Source: Deltaproteobacteria bacterium (lineage in GTDB: Bacteria; Desulfobacterota_D; UBA1144; Nemesobacterales; CSP1-2). From it: a DNA stretch of 64,000 nt. The notes below the pieces were generated by a model that saw nothing but the letters and a program-made list of their open reading frames with translations, searched no databases and had not been told where the DNA came from. This document shows positions 18,504 to 28,833 of this stretch, one piece after another (the stretch's first letter is position 1; each line of letters begins with the position of its first letter). A program made the translations under genes and the position numbers. The DNA lies in NCBI GenBank assembly GCA_052390235.1, contig JBQTHB010000004.1, forward strand, positions 32,001-96,000. The letters are read 5' to 3'.

Positions 18504-19238
18504 ATGCAGGACGACGACATCGCGCGCGGGCGACATCTCAGCCGAAGGGACGCTCTTAGCCTGATTGGGAACGCGGGATTCGCCGCAGTTCTCGGATGCA
18601 GCAGCAGGGAGTCTGATGACCCCGTAGCCAGGCGCGCCGCCCCCCCGTGCATTGCCAGACCTCAGCAGACCGAGGGCCCATATTTTACGGATGACGCGCT
18701 AAACCGCTCAGACATTCGCTCAGACCCTGCGGGCGGCGCCGCGAGAGACGGGGAGATGCTGCGTCTTACGATAAACGTCTATCGCTCTAGCAATGAGTCC
18801 TGCGCCCCTCTTCCCGGGGCTTATGTTGACCTCTGGCACTGCGACGCAGATGGCGTTTATTCGGACGTTATAGACCCCGGCTTTAACACTTTAGGGCAGA
18901 AATTTCTCCGCGGCTATCAACTTAGCGATGAGCGGGGCAGGGCGCGGTTTCTCACAATTTATCCGGGATGGTACTGGGGCAGAACCGTCCATATTCATTT
19001 TAAAGTGCGCTCAGTCTCGGCGGCAGGCAGGGAATATGAATTCACCTCCCAGCTTTATTTTGACGACTCCATCACGGACTCAGTTCACTCAAAACCCCCG
19101 TACTCGCAAAAGGGTGGGGAGAGAATCCGAAATGAAATGGACGCAATATTCAGGCGGGGCGGCGAGCAACTCCTGCTACCGGTGGCTCGAGATGAGGGGG
19201 TATTGAGCGCGTCTTTCGATATAGGACTGCTGTTCTAG
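18504..19238 (+). CDS. Exported intradiol ring-cleavage dioxygenase-like protein
   Basis: SRRDAL Tat-like motif plus LGC lipobox; TEGPYF, WHCDADGVYS and YPGWY.GR.VHIH motifs. Confidence 0.85.
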   Translation: MQDDDIARGRHLSRRDALSLIGNAGFAAVLGCSSRESDDPVARRAAPPCIARPQQTEGPYFTDDALNRSDIRSDPAGGAARDGEMLRLTINVYRSSNESCAPLPGAYVDLWHCDADGVYSDVIDPGFNTLGQKFLRGYQLSDERGRARFLTIYPGWYWGRTVHIHFKVRSVSAAGREYEFTSQLYFDDSITDSVHSKPPYSQKGGERIRNEMDAIFRRGGEQLLLPVARDEGVLSASFDIGLLF

Positions 19239-19442
19239 CGAGAGGCAGGGCAGGGTAATAATTGGCGGAGGAGTTATACTCCCTCGTTTTAATATGCGCT
19301 ATCTTGCGGTCTCCCTCAACCCGATATGCGCGGGATTCAATTGAGATAGTAGCCGGGAGGGCGGTGTTTGAATCTCGCGGGCAGAGAGTTTTATCTAAAT
19401 GGCTAGAGATTCACCCTGCCTGTGAATCGGGAGGAGCAACAG

Positions 19443-20309
19443 ATGAAGAGAGTCCTTGGCGTTCACAAAAAACCCGCGATGCACTGGGTTGGCGACGGCT
19501 TTGCGGTCAGCTCGATATTTTCCTATCATAATTTTGCCGAAGCACTGAGCCCTTTTCTCCTGCTCGATTACGCCGAGCCTAGGGAGTTCCCCGCGGCTAA
19601 GAAGCCCAGAGGGGTCGAAACCCACCCTCACCGGGGTTTTGAAACCGTAACCATCGTTTTCTCAGGGGGACTCGAACACCGCGACTCAGCGGGCAATCAC
19701 GGCAGTATCGGGGCGGGGGACGTGCAGTGGATGACTGCGGCTTCCGGCGTTCTGCATGAGGAAAAACACTCGGCGGATTTCACCAAGCGGGGCGGCACGT
19801 TCGAGGTTGCTCAGCTTTGGGTGAATCTCCCCTCGCGGCACAAAATGTCGGCTCCGGGCTATCAGACCCTTTTGGCGGCGGAGATTGCCACGGTAGCCAT
19901 TCCCGGCGGCACTGTCAGGGTGATTGCCGGCGAATTCAACGGGCAAAAAGGGGCGGCGCGCACATTTACGCCGGTAAATCTCTGGGATTTGACCCTTGCC
20001 GAGGGCTGGGAAGAGCGGCTCAATATCGGCAGTGGGCAAACGGCGGCGATATTTGTCATGAGAGGCAGGGCGTCGGCTAATTCGGCAACTGTCTCCTTCG
20101 GGGAGCTTGCCGTGTTCGAGCGCGAGGGGGAGGGGGTCTCGATTGCCGCCCTCGAGGACTCTCGCGTCCTCATTATGAGCGCGGAGCCTATTAACGAGCC
20201 GGTAGTAGGACACGGGCCGTTTGTTATGAACACGCAGACGGAAATTGACCGCGCGCTCGAGGACTATAGGCGGGGGTGCTTTGGCAATATGAAAAACACC
20301 TCCGCTTAA
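19443..20309 (+). CDS. Pirin family protein
   Basis: PFLLLD, HPHRGFETVT, GDVQWMTA.SG..HEE, QLWVNLP and GPFVMNT motifs; GGAGG SD before ATG 19443. Confidence 0.92.
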   Translation: MKRVLGVHKKPAMHWVGDGFAVSSIFSYHNFAEALSPFLLLDYAEPREFPAAKKPRGVETHPHRGFETVTIVFSGGLEHRDSAGNHGSIGAGDVQWMTAASGVLHEEKHSADFTKRGGTFEVAQLWVNLPSRHKMSAPGYQTLLAAEIATVAIPGGTVRVIAGEFNGQKGAARTFTPVNLWDLTLAEGWEERLNIGSGQTAAIFVMRGRASANSATVSFGELAVFEREGEGVSIAALEDSRVLIMSAEPINEPVVGHGPFVMNTQTEIDRALEDYRRGCFGNMKNTSA

Positions 20310-20363
20310 GTCAACGGGCTAGATTGCCGTCTGCTCTGCGCCGCGCAAGTTGACACTGCGCGC

Positions 20364-20906
20364 TCATAGAAGCTCGCCTATTGAGAATATCGAATAAAAC
20401 TCATAGCCCAAGCCACAAAACCTCTCTCTAGCCCCTTCTTCTCTATCCACCACGACGAGGGATTTTGCCACTTTCGCCCCCGCCGCTTCCACTGCGCTTA
20501 TAGCCTTGAGAATTGAGCCGCCAGTAGTCGCCACGTCTTCAACTATCGCCGCGCAGTCCGAGGGGTTCAGATTCCCCTCGATGAGTTTCCCCCTGCCATA
20601 GGATTTCTCCTCCTTGCGCACTAGAAACCCCCTGAGCGGAGAGCCGTTTTCATGCGACAGCGCGAGAATTGAGCCTACGATGGGGTCTGCTCCCATTGTG
20701 GGGCCCCCGACTGAGACAATTTGGGGGGTTTTTAGTATCTCGGCGAGAAAAATCTTTGCGATGAGATACGCGCCTTCTGGGTCAAGCGAGCTCCGGCGCG
20801 CGTCAATGTAGTAGGGGCTTTGCCTGCCTGAGGCGAGGGTGAAATTGCCTCTGAATATGGAGCGCTCCCTGAGTATCTGCTTTAGCCTCTCTCTATCGCC
20901 GGACAT
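20364..20906 (-). CDS. pyrE: Orotate phosphoribosyltransferase
   Basis: FTLASG..S.YYID, RKEEKSYG and VEDVATTGGS PRPP loop. Confidence 0.93.
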   Translation of the reverse strand: MSGDRERLKQILRERSIFRGNFTLASGRQSPYYIDARRSSLDPEGAYLIAKIFLAEILKTPQIVSVGGPTMGADPIVGSILALSHENGSPLRGFLVRKEEKSYGRGKLIEGNLNPSDCAAIVEDVATTGGSILKAISAVEAAGAKVAKSLVVVDREEGARERFCGLGYEFYSIFSIGELL

Positions 20907-20913
20907 GGGCTGA

Positions 20914-20943
20914 AATCTAACCTTGAGCGGACGCAATTGTCAA
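20914..20943 (-). promoter_or_regulatory. Sigma70-like promoter of pyrE
   Basis: TTGACA-N18-TAGATT on the minus strand, ending 7 nt before the ATG. Confidence 0.5.
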
Positions 20944-21106
20944 TCTGCCACAATGCGGTTAGGTTGTACTCAATGAGCCTCGCCCGATAGTATTGGATGA
21001 TTGTAAATTGTGCAGTATGGCGAGCGTCTAGCCTATATAATGGTTATATAGTAGCCAGCGCTTCTGGGATGACTTCATAACTTTCTGTAAACACACAAAA
21101 TTTTAA

Positions 21107-21123
21107 TTGGCATACCTCTTGCA
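21107..21123 (+). promoter_or_regulatory. Sigma54 (-24/-12) promoter of the sulfonate-like ABC operon
   Basis: TTGGCATACCTCTTGCA has GG-N10-GC spacing and matches TGGCAC-N5-TTGCW. Confidence 0.65.
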
Positions 21124-21173
21124 ATATAGCTGGCAAGTTGAAAACGGATACTTTACACAAGGAGGCTAGGATA

Positions 21174-22241
21174 ATGCCTAATGTTTCTAAGATTTTATTT
21201 GCAGATTTAATTCTCGGAGCGCTGGTTCTCGGCTTTGCCGCCATTGCTAACGGCGAAGAAGTAACCATACGCGCGGGTCATTTCCCCAATATCACACACG
21301 CCCAGGGCGTCATTGGGCAGGCTACGGGGTGGTTTGAAAAAGCCCTCGGAAAGGACGCAAAGCTGGAGTGGCAGATATTCAACGCCGGTCCCTCGGCGAT
21401 AGAGTCCCTGTTCGCAGGAGAGCTTGACATCGCCTACATAGGGCCCAATCCCGCCATTAACGGCTATGTGAAATCCAAAGGCGAGGCTCTTCGCATCGTA
21501 GCCGGAGCGGCGAGCGGCGGCACGGCTCTGGTCGTAAGAAAAGGCGCGGGCATAAGCTCGGCAGAGGATTTCAACGGCAGGAGGGTCGCATCCCCTCAAC
21601 TTGGAAACACTCAGGACGTCGCCCTTAGACGTTGGCTCAAGAAAAACGGGCTCAAATCAAAAGAAAAAGGCGGCGCGGTGCAGATAGTCCCCCTTGCCAA
21701 CCCCGACCAGCTCACGCTTTTTCTCAGGGGCGATATTGACGCCGCGTGGACTGTCGAGCCGTGGGTTTCAAGACTCATCAAAGAGGGCAACGGCTCGCTC
21801 TTTCTCGATGAGAAGAGCCTTTGGCCAGGCGGCAAATACGTTATCACCCACGTTGTCGTCAGCGCGAGGTTCTTAAAAAATCACCCGGACTTGGTTAAAA
21901 AATGGATTGCCGCTCACGTTGGTCTCACCGAGTGGATCAACAAAAACCCCGAAAAAGCAAAGAAGCTACTCAATGACGAGATAAAGCGGGAAACCGGCAA
22001 AGCTATCCCCGACGACATCCTCGCCGAATCCCTAAAGAGAGTGGAATTCCTCCATGACCCCATTGCAAGCTCGCTTTTTATCTCGGCAAATTGGGCATTT
22101 GACGAGGGATTCCTCGGTAAAACCAAGCCCGATTTATCTAAGATTTACGATTTGCGCTTGCTCAACGAGGTTTTAACCGAGAGAGGTCTTGAGACCATAA
22201 AGCTCGCATCGCCCAAAAAAGCGGCGGCGGGCAACAATTAG
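21174..22241 (+). CDS. NitT/TauT (SsuA-like) ABC substrate-binding protein
   Basis: Signal peptide; GHFPNITHAQ, FNAGP, YIGPNPAING, PQLGNTQD and EPW motifs. Confidence 0.85.
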   Translation: MPNVSKILFADLILGALVLGFAAIANGEEVTIRAGHFPNITHAQGVIGQATGWFEKALGKDAKLEWQIFNAGPSAIESLFAGELDIAYIGPNPAINGYVKSKGEALRIVAGAASGGTALVVRKGAGISSAEDFNGRRVASPQLGNTQDVALRRWLKKNGLKSKEKGGAVQIVPLANPDQLTLFLRGDIDAAWTVEPWVSRLIKEGNGSLFLDEKSLWPGGKYVITHVVVSARFLKNHPDLVKKWIAAHVGLTEWINKNPEKAKKLLNDEIKRETGKAIPDDILAESLKRVEFLHDPIASSLFISANWAFDEGFLGKTKPDLSKIYDLRLLNEVLTERGLETIKLASPKKAAAGNN

Positions 22242-22289
22242 ACGCCAAACCCCCTACCCCGATGCCGGTTGTAAACCGAGGACAGAGAG

Positions 22290-23360
22290 ATGATAAAACT
22301 TGCGACATCCAATGAGAGGGAAGAGATTTATGTTGACGAGGCGAAGGTTCATAAAATTGACCTCAGCGGGGCTATCTGCCCTCATCCGCTGAACCTCGTG
22401 CGGGACGCTATTGGAAATTTAAAAGAGGGGGAAGTCCTTCAGGCAACCTCGGACCACGAACCCACGGCGAGGGAAAATGTGCCGAGATTCTGCGAGCGCC
22501 GGGGCTATCCTTTCAGCGTCGTCGAGCGGGACGGCGCGTGGCGGATTTTTATCCAGAAAGCAGGAAAATCCCAGCCTCGGCTTGAGGTCATAGACGTATC
22601 CAAAACGTTCAGAATCAAAGAGGGCAGGTTCAGCGCTCTTGAGAGTGTCAATCTGACGATTCAGGAGGGGGAGTTTATCTGCCTACTAGGCCCTTCGGGA
22701 TGCGGAAAATCCACACTCCTTGGATTAATCGCCGGACTCGACAGTCCCACTCAGGGGGAAATCTGGTCGAACGGGAAAAAAGTAACCTCCCCCGGCGCAG
22801 ACCGCGTGGTTGTGTTTCAGGAAGGCGCGCTTTTCCCTTGGCTAACGGTGAGGGAAAACGTCGAATTCGGGCTAAAAATTCTAAACGTGAACCCGAAAAT
22901 CAGGCGCCCTCTCGCCTCGGATTACCTAAAACTCGTGGGGCTTGGCGAGGAGTTTTTCGACTCCTATATCCACCACCTCTCAGGGGGGATGAAACAGCGC
23001 GTTGCCATAGCAAGGGCGCTTGCCATGGAGCCGTCCGTGCTGCTGATGGATGAGCCGTTCTCGGCGCTGGATGTTTATACCCGCGAGGCCCTCCAAGAGG
23101 AGCTTCAAAATATCTGGAGCGAGTCTCATAAGACGATAGTTTTCGTAACCCACAACGTGCAGGAAGCCGTGCTTCTGGGGGACAGAGTCGTCGTATTCGC
23201 CAAGAATCCGGGGAGGATTAAATCCGAATATGAAATAGATATTCCCAGACCGAGGCGCGCCGATAACCCGGAGGTTTTTCTCAATATTAAGTGGATTACC
23301 GACGACCTCAGAGAGGAGCTTGGAAATAAGAGCGAAGGAGAATTGGGGGTGGAACTATGA
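22290..23360 (+). CDS. SsuB/TauB-like ABC ATPase with N-terminal TusA/SirA sulfur-carrier domain
   Basis: IDLSGAICPHP...GEVL..TSDH (TusA CPxP), followed by GPSGCGKS, LSGGMKQR, MDEPF and VTH. Confidence 0.85.
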   Translation: MIKLATSNEREEIYVDEAKVHKIDLSGAICPHPLNLVRDAIGNLKEGEVLQATSDHEPTARENVPRFCERRGYPFSVVERDGAWRIFIQKAGKSQPRLEVIDVSKTFRIKEGRFSALESVNLTIQEGEFICLLGPSGCGKSTLLGLIAGLDSPTQGEIWSNGKKVTSPGADRVVVFQEGALFPWLTVRENVEFGLKILNVNPKIRRPLASDYLKLVGLGEEFFDSYIHHLSGGMKQRVAIARALAMEPSVLLMDEPFSALDVYTREALQEELQNIWSESHKTIVFVTHNVQEAVLLGDRVVVFAKNPGRIKSEYEIDIPRPRRADNPEVFLNIKWITDDLREELGNKSEGELGVEL

Positions 23361-24121
23361 CCGGCCGTCTGCTCAACCTGGCGCTCTTTTACTCTGGATT
23401 AATAGGAATCTGGCAGGCGCTCTCATACATGGAAATCTGGCCCTCCTATCTGTTTCCCTCGCCCTTGGGGGTGTTTGATGTGCTTATCGCAGGATTTTAC
23501 GACCAGTCCTTTATCATCGGGATTATCGTCAGCATGAAGCGAATCCTCATAGGCTACAGCATCTCGGTAGCGCTCGGCTTGGCAATAGGGCTGGTTATAG
23601 GGAGGGTGAAACTGCTCGATGAAACCCTCGGCACGCTCGCCCTAGGGCTTCAGGCTCTGCCCAGCATCTGCTGGCTTCCGATAGCGCTTCTGTGGTTCGG
23701 GCTTAGCGAGACGGCGATGCAAGCGATAGTCATACTGGGGTCTCTGTTCTCGATAATTATAGGGGTGGACACGGGGGTGAAAAACGTGCCTCCAATTTAC
23801 ATCCGCGCGGCGAGGACTATGGGCGCGAGGGGGTATTACCTCTATACAAAGGTGATTATCCCGGCGGCGATGCCATCTATAATAAGCGGATTTAAGCAGG
23901 GCTGGTCGTTTGCGTGGCGCTCGTTAATGGCGGCGGAGCTTCTGTATGTGAGCCTTGGGCTTGGGCATCTGCTCATGATGGGGCGCGAGCTCAATGACAT
24001 GAATCAGGTCATAGCGGTGATGATTGTTATAATTGCGCTGGGAATGCTCGTTGACAGGCTCGTGTTCGCGAGGCTCGAAGGGAGAATCAGAGCGAGGTGG
24101 GGACTTGCGGCGGGGGCTTAG
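23357..24121 (+). CDS. NitT/TauT (SsuC-like) ABC permease
   Basis: LQALPSICWLP, AARTMGA loop and WRSLMAAE motifs; ATGA overlap with the ATPase gene. Confidence 0.88.
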   Translation: MTGRLLNLALFYSGLIGIWQALSYMEIWPSYLFPSPLGVFDVLIAGFYDQSFIIGIIVSMKRILIGYSISVALGLAIGLVIGRVKLLDETLGTLALGLQALPSICWLPIALLWFGLSETAMQAIVILGSLFSIIIGVDTGVKNVPPIYIRAARTMGARGYYLYTKVIIPAAMPSIISGFKQGWSFAWRSLMAAELLYVSLGLGHLLMMGRELNDMNQVIAVMIVIIALGMLVDRLVFARLEGRIRARWGLAAGA

Positions 24122-24168
24122 AGGGGGGAGCATATCTATGCTGAAGCCCCTCACGGGGGACGGATTTT

Positions 24169-24705
24169 GTGGAATCTGCGGTAATATATCGCGAATTTTT
24201 GGCCCTGCGGGGATTAATCAATATGCAAAGGAAAATTGGCCGTCTCAGAAAGTGCGAGAGGGGGATTATTTCCCTCATAATTGGCCCAATAGTCGTATTC
24301 GTGATTTTCATCTTGGGGCTTGTGTATCAGTATTTTAATTTCTCGACCCCTACTGAGATACGCGGGCTAAGGGGCGAGGGCGAGGCAGAGGTCTATAGCC
24401 GCCCCTACGCCGAGGTTTTCGAGGAGGCGGCGCTTCTGATGAATGAACTGGGGCTTTCAATAGTCGAATCTAACCCGGAGCGCGCTTACATGGTCGTAAC
24501 GCCGGATAACTCGGGCTTTATCTATGAGGGGCGGATAATGGCGCTTTTTTTCAGCGCCGCCCCCGCCGGAGGGACGAGGCTTGAAATCGTCGCCAAGTAC
24601 GTAAACCTGCCGCCTCTTAGGGATTTTATCTCTCCAAAAATGCGCCCATCTGAGATTTTCAACAAGCTCGGGAGCCGCTTAGACGGGACGAGATATAGAG
24701 ACTGA
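24169..24705 (+). CDS. Hypothetical single-TM protein, start uncertain (GTG 24169 or ATG 24223)
   Basis: Fills the intergenic gap; one hydrophobic helix followed by a globular domain. Confidence 0.55.
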   Translation: MESAVIYREFLALRGLINMQRKIGRLRKCERGIISLIIGPIVVFVIFILGLVYQYFNFSTPTEIRGLRGEGEAEVYSRPYAEVFEEAALLMNELGLSIVESNPERAYMVVTPDNSGFIYEGRIMALFFSAAPAGGTRLEIVAKYVNLPPLRDFISPKMRPSEIFNKLGSRLDGTRYRD

Positions 24706-24751
24706 TCCCTCCGCGTGAACGGTGAGGGCGGCGCGCGTCCCATTCCCCCTC

Positions 24752-25471
24752 CTAATAATACCGCCTCAACTCCACGGCAAGCGGCAGCGCAATCTTGGAG
24801 GGATTTGCATCGCCCTCGATTTTGAATTCCACTTCCATGGTCATGCCGCCCGCTTTCGGGGGGATTTTCTTGAGATAGACAAATCCCTCGGCGGCGGATT
24901 TGGGCTTAATCGTCCCTGAGACGAGTGCTTCTGCTATGACATCAGCCGAGGAATCCCCAGAATAATACGAAGAATAATCCGAATAATAGGGGAATCGCCA
25001 AAATGGGTCGTAAGAGAAGCTGTTGTAGAAAAACGGGCTAAATCCCCTGCGATAGAATCTGGAGAAACCAAACCCGTAGCCGAACCCCAAGGAACTGTAG
25101 GCGCGAAGGGCGTACTGCCTCCTTACGCCGGATTCAGCGATTCTGGCAACGGTGTCCGGGGCAATTGCCAAGAACTGGGTGCGAGACTCATCAAATAGGG
25201 CGACGTCTTCATATCTGATGGAAACGTCGAATTCGGTTTGATTCTCAATTCTGATAAACACCGGCGTTAAGTAGATGCTGAGGTTTCTCGGCTCTCCTCT
25301 CCACGCCGACGGGACTGCGGTTAGCGTAACCCCGCGCTCGGTTTTCGAGACGCTCCCCGTCCCTGATGCCGCCGCTCCCGTAGCCGGAACGAGCCTCCCC
25401 GTAGCGCATCCGCTCAGAATGCACGCTATGAAAACCGCCGCGAATAGTTCGGATGTCCTAATTATTCTCAT
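24752..25471 (-). CDS. Hypothetical lipoprotein with aromatic-rich low-complexity segment
   Basis: Lipobox LSGC, GGAGG-like SD, Y/F/G/S-rich central stretch. Confidence 0.7.
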   Translation of the reverse strand: MRIIRTSELFAAVFIACILSGCATGRLVPATGAAASGTGSVSKTERGVTLTAVPSAWRGEPRNLSIYLTPVFIRIENQTEFDVSIRYEDVALFDESRTQFLAIAPDTVARIAESGVRRQYALRAYSSLGFGYGFGFSRFYRRGFSPFFYNSFSYDPFWRFPYYSDYSSYYSGDSSADVIAEALVSGTIKPKSAAEGFVYLKKIPPKAGGMTMEVEFKIEGDANPSKIALPLAVELRRYY

Positions 25472-25575
25472 TTCAATGCCCCTCCCTGCGCTGATATTTT
25501 AGCCGAATCTCGCCCCCGTTTACAGGGGAAGTTCACGTCTTGACATCGGCAATACTATAGTGGAAAGTATCCTCT

Positions 25576-26058
25576 ATGGACAGCTTAAACTACTCAAAAT
25601 TCAGCTCTTCAATCGGTGAAATATTTATTCTCGCAAAGGGGCGCGCTATCTCTGTCGTGGCGTTCAGCCGGGGGGATTTGAGCAAATTTGCCCCCGATGC
25701 CGCCGATATTTCTGATGGAGGATACGCCGCCTCCGCCGCCCGCAAGATTCAATCCTACCTGGGCGGAGAGTTATCGGATTTCGATATAGAACTAGACCTC
25801 TCTGGGGCAACGCCGTTTCAATCGTCCGTCTGGAAGGAGCTAATTAAAATCCCCTACGGAGCGACGAGAACCTACTCCGATATTGCCCGCGCCATTGGAA
25901 GCCCGAAGGCGCAAAGAGCAGTCGGAAGGGCAGTCGGGGCTAATCCAATTGCGATAATTGTCCCCTGCCACAGGGTCGTTGCCGCAGGCGGTTTGGGCGG
26001 GTATTCCGGGGGAATGGAGATTAAAAAGAGACTCCTCCGAATCGAAGGGGCGATGTAG
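25576..26058 (+). CDS. ogt: Methylated-DNA-protein-cysteine methyltransferase
   Basis: FQ..VW..L..IPYG, RAVG and PCHRV active site. Confidence 0.93.
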   Translation: MDSLNYSKFSSSIGEIFILAKGRAISVVAFSRGDLSKFAPDAADISDGGYAASAARKIQSYLGGELSDFDIELDLSGATPFQSSVWKELIKIPYGATRTYSDIARAIGSPKAQRAVGRAVGANPIAIIVPCHRVVAAGGLGGYSGGMEIKKRLLRIEGAM

Positions 26059-26514
26059 TTGCCAATTTCCCTAGCCCGCCTCCTGGCGGAGTTTTTTTAT
26101 CTCGGACGCTCAAAGGTTGCCCCCGGCACTGCGGGAACTCTAGGCGCGATACCGCTCTACTACTATCTCTCGGTCGGATTTTCTCCGCTTGCCTATTTTT
26201 TGCTCCTCGGCGTATTTATAATTCTGTCCGTATGGGCGGCGGGCAGGGCATCTAGTGCCTCGGGCGAGGAAGACCCGCAGTGGGTTGTGATAGACGAGGT
26301 CGCGGGGTATCTGGTTACGATGTTTCTCATCGCGCCGACTCTGCTAAATATCGCTCTGGGGTTCATCCTGTTCAGACTATTTGATATTGTGAAACCCCCA
26401 CCGGCGAGGAGGTTTGAGAGCCTTCCGGGAGGGATTGGCATTGTGGCAGACGACGTTATGGCGGGGATTTATGCAAACGCCGCGCTTCAGATTCTTACGA
26501 GGATTATAGGCTAG
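26059..26514 (+). CDS. pgpA: Phosphatidylglycerophosphatase A
   Basis: APGTAGT, DP..VVIDEV.G, FRLFDI.KP and DDVMAG motifs. Confidence 0.92.
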   Translation: MPISLARLLAEFFYLGRSKVAPGTAGTLGAIPLYYYLSVGFSPLAYFLLLGVFIILSVWAAGRASSASGEEDPQWVVIDEVAGYLVTMFLIAPTLLNIALGFILFRLFDIVKPPPARRFESLPGGIGIVADDVMAGIYANAALQILTRIIG

Positions 26515-26523
26515 GGTGGAAAA

Positions 26524-27765
26524 ATGAATATTGAAATCATCACGACGGGCGATGAAATCATGAGCGGCATCACGCTCGACACCAACTTCTCTTGGCTCGC
26601 GGAGCGGCTCACATCCCAGGGCTTTAGCCTCCGCTACCACACGAGCGTTGGAGACTCGCCAGAGGCGATAGCCCGCGCCCTTCAGACTGCCGCACAGAGG
26701 TCTGCGGCCGTTATCGTTACAGGGGGGCTCGGCCCTACCTCGGACGACATCACGGCATCTGTGGCGGCGTCTTTTTTCGATGCCCCCTTGGAACTGAGCG
26801 CCGCCGCCCTCTCGATGATGGAGCGGAGATTTCGCTCTCAAGGACGGGCACTGCTTCAAATCAATAAAAAACAGGCGTATCTGCCGCAGGGGTCGAAAAT
26901 CCTTGAAAACCACTGGGGAACTGCCGCGGGATTCCAATACGAACACGGCGGGGCGCAGTTTTTCTTTCTCCCCGGAGTGCCGAAGGAGTTCCGCGCTATG
27001 GCGGATGAGTACGTCGTGCCGGAGCTTGAGGCGCGGGACGCCGGGCGAAAGAGGTATGCCAACCGCCTCGTAAAGACCTTCGGGCTTCGAGAGTCTGAGG
27101 TCGCCGATAAAATCAAAGACGTCCACAGACACGGGGTCGTCATAGGCTACAGGGCGCATTTCCCGCAGATTCATCTCAGGGTTTCGGCTTATGCCGACTC
27201 CGAGGCAGAATCAGAGGCTCTGGCGGCGGGGGTCGTAGGGGAAATTGAGGCGATTCTTGGGGATTTCATCTTTACCACGAGGGGCGAGAATCTCGAACAG
27301 GTCGTGGGGGCGATGCTGCGGGAGCGCGACCTGACCATTGCCGTCGCCGAATCCTGCACTGGGGGGCTACTTGCCGACAGGATTACGGACGTTGCCGCAA
27401 GCTCCGACTATTTTGAGAGAGGGGTCGTTGCCTACGCTAATAGCGCGAAAATTGACGTCCTTGGCGTGCCGGAGGAATTGCTCAAATCCCACGGAGCTGT
27501 GAGCGCGCCAGTGGCGGAGGCGATGGCTGAAGGCGTCCGCGTAACATCGGGCGCGGATTTGGGGGTCGCAATAACTGGCATTGCAGGGCCCGGCGGCGGG
27601 ACGGCGCAAAAGCCGGTTGGACTGGTTTATATTGCCCTCTCGCACGCGAAACTTGGCTCGGTTTCAGAGAGGTTTTTATTCGAGGGAGGCCGCAGGGAGA
27701 TAAAAATCCTATCGTCCGAGGCCGCTCTGAGCCGGATTAGGAAATTCCTAATATGTGGTGTATAA
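26524..27765 (+). CDS. cinA: Competence/damage-inducible protein CinA (MoCF + PncC domains)
   Basis: GDEI..G...DTN, GGLGPT.DD.T, AESCTGG and TGIAGPGGG motifs. Confidence 0.93.
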   Translation: MNIEIITTGDEIMSGITLDTNFSWLAERLTSQGFSLRYHTSVGDSPEAIARALQTAAQRSAAVIVTGGLGPTSDDITASVAASFFDAPLELSAAALSMMERRFRSQGRALLQINKKQAYLPQGSKILENHWGTAAGFQYEHGGAQFFFLPGVPKEFRAMADEYVVPELEARDAGRKRYANRLVKTFGLRESEVADKIKDVHRHGVVIGYRAHFPQIHLRVSAYADSEAESEALAAGVVGEIEAILGDFIFTTRGENLEQVVGAMLRERDLTIAVAESCTGGLLADRITDVAASSDYFERGVVAYANSAKIDVLGVPEELLKSHGAVSAPVAEAMAEGVRVTSGADLGVAITGIAGPGGGTAQKPVGLVYIALSHAKLGSVSERFLFEGGRREIKILSSEAALSRIRKFLICGV

Positions 27766-27786
27766 TGACGATTTTGAGGGGATATA

Positions 27787-28830
<1,044 letters not shown>

Positions 28831-28833
28831 GAG

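Noticed and set aside
27740..27786. TATAAT overlapping the cinA stop as a recA promoter with a LexA box
   Set aside because: A -10 hexamer is present, but I can support neither a clear -35 nor a LexA palindrome.
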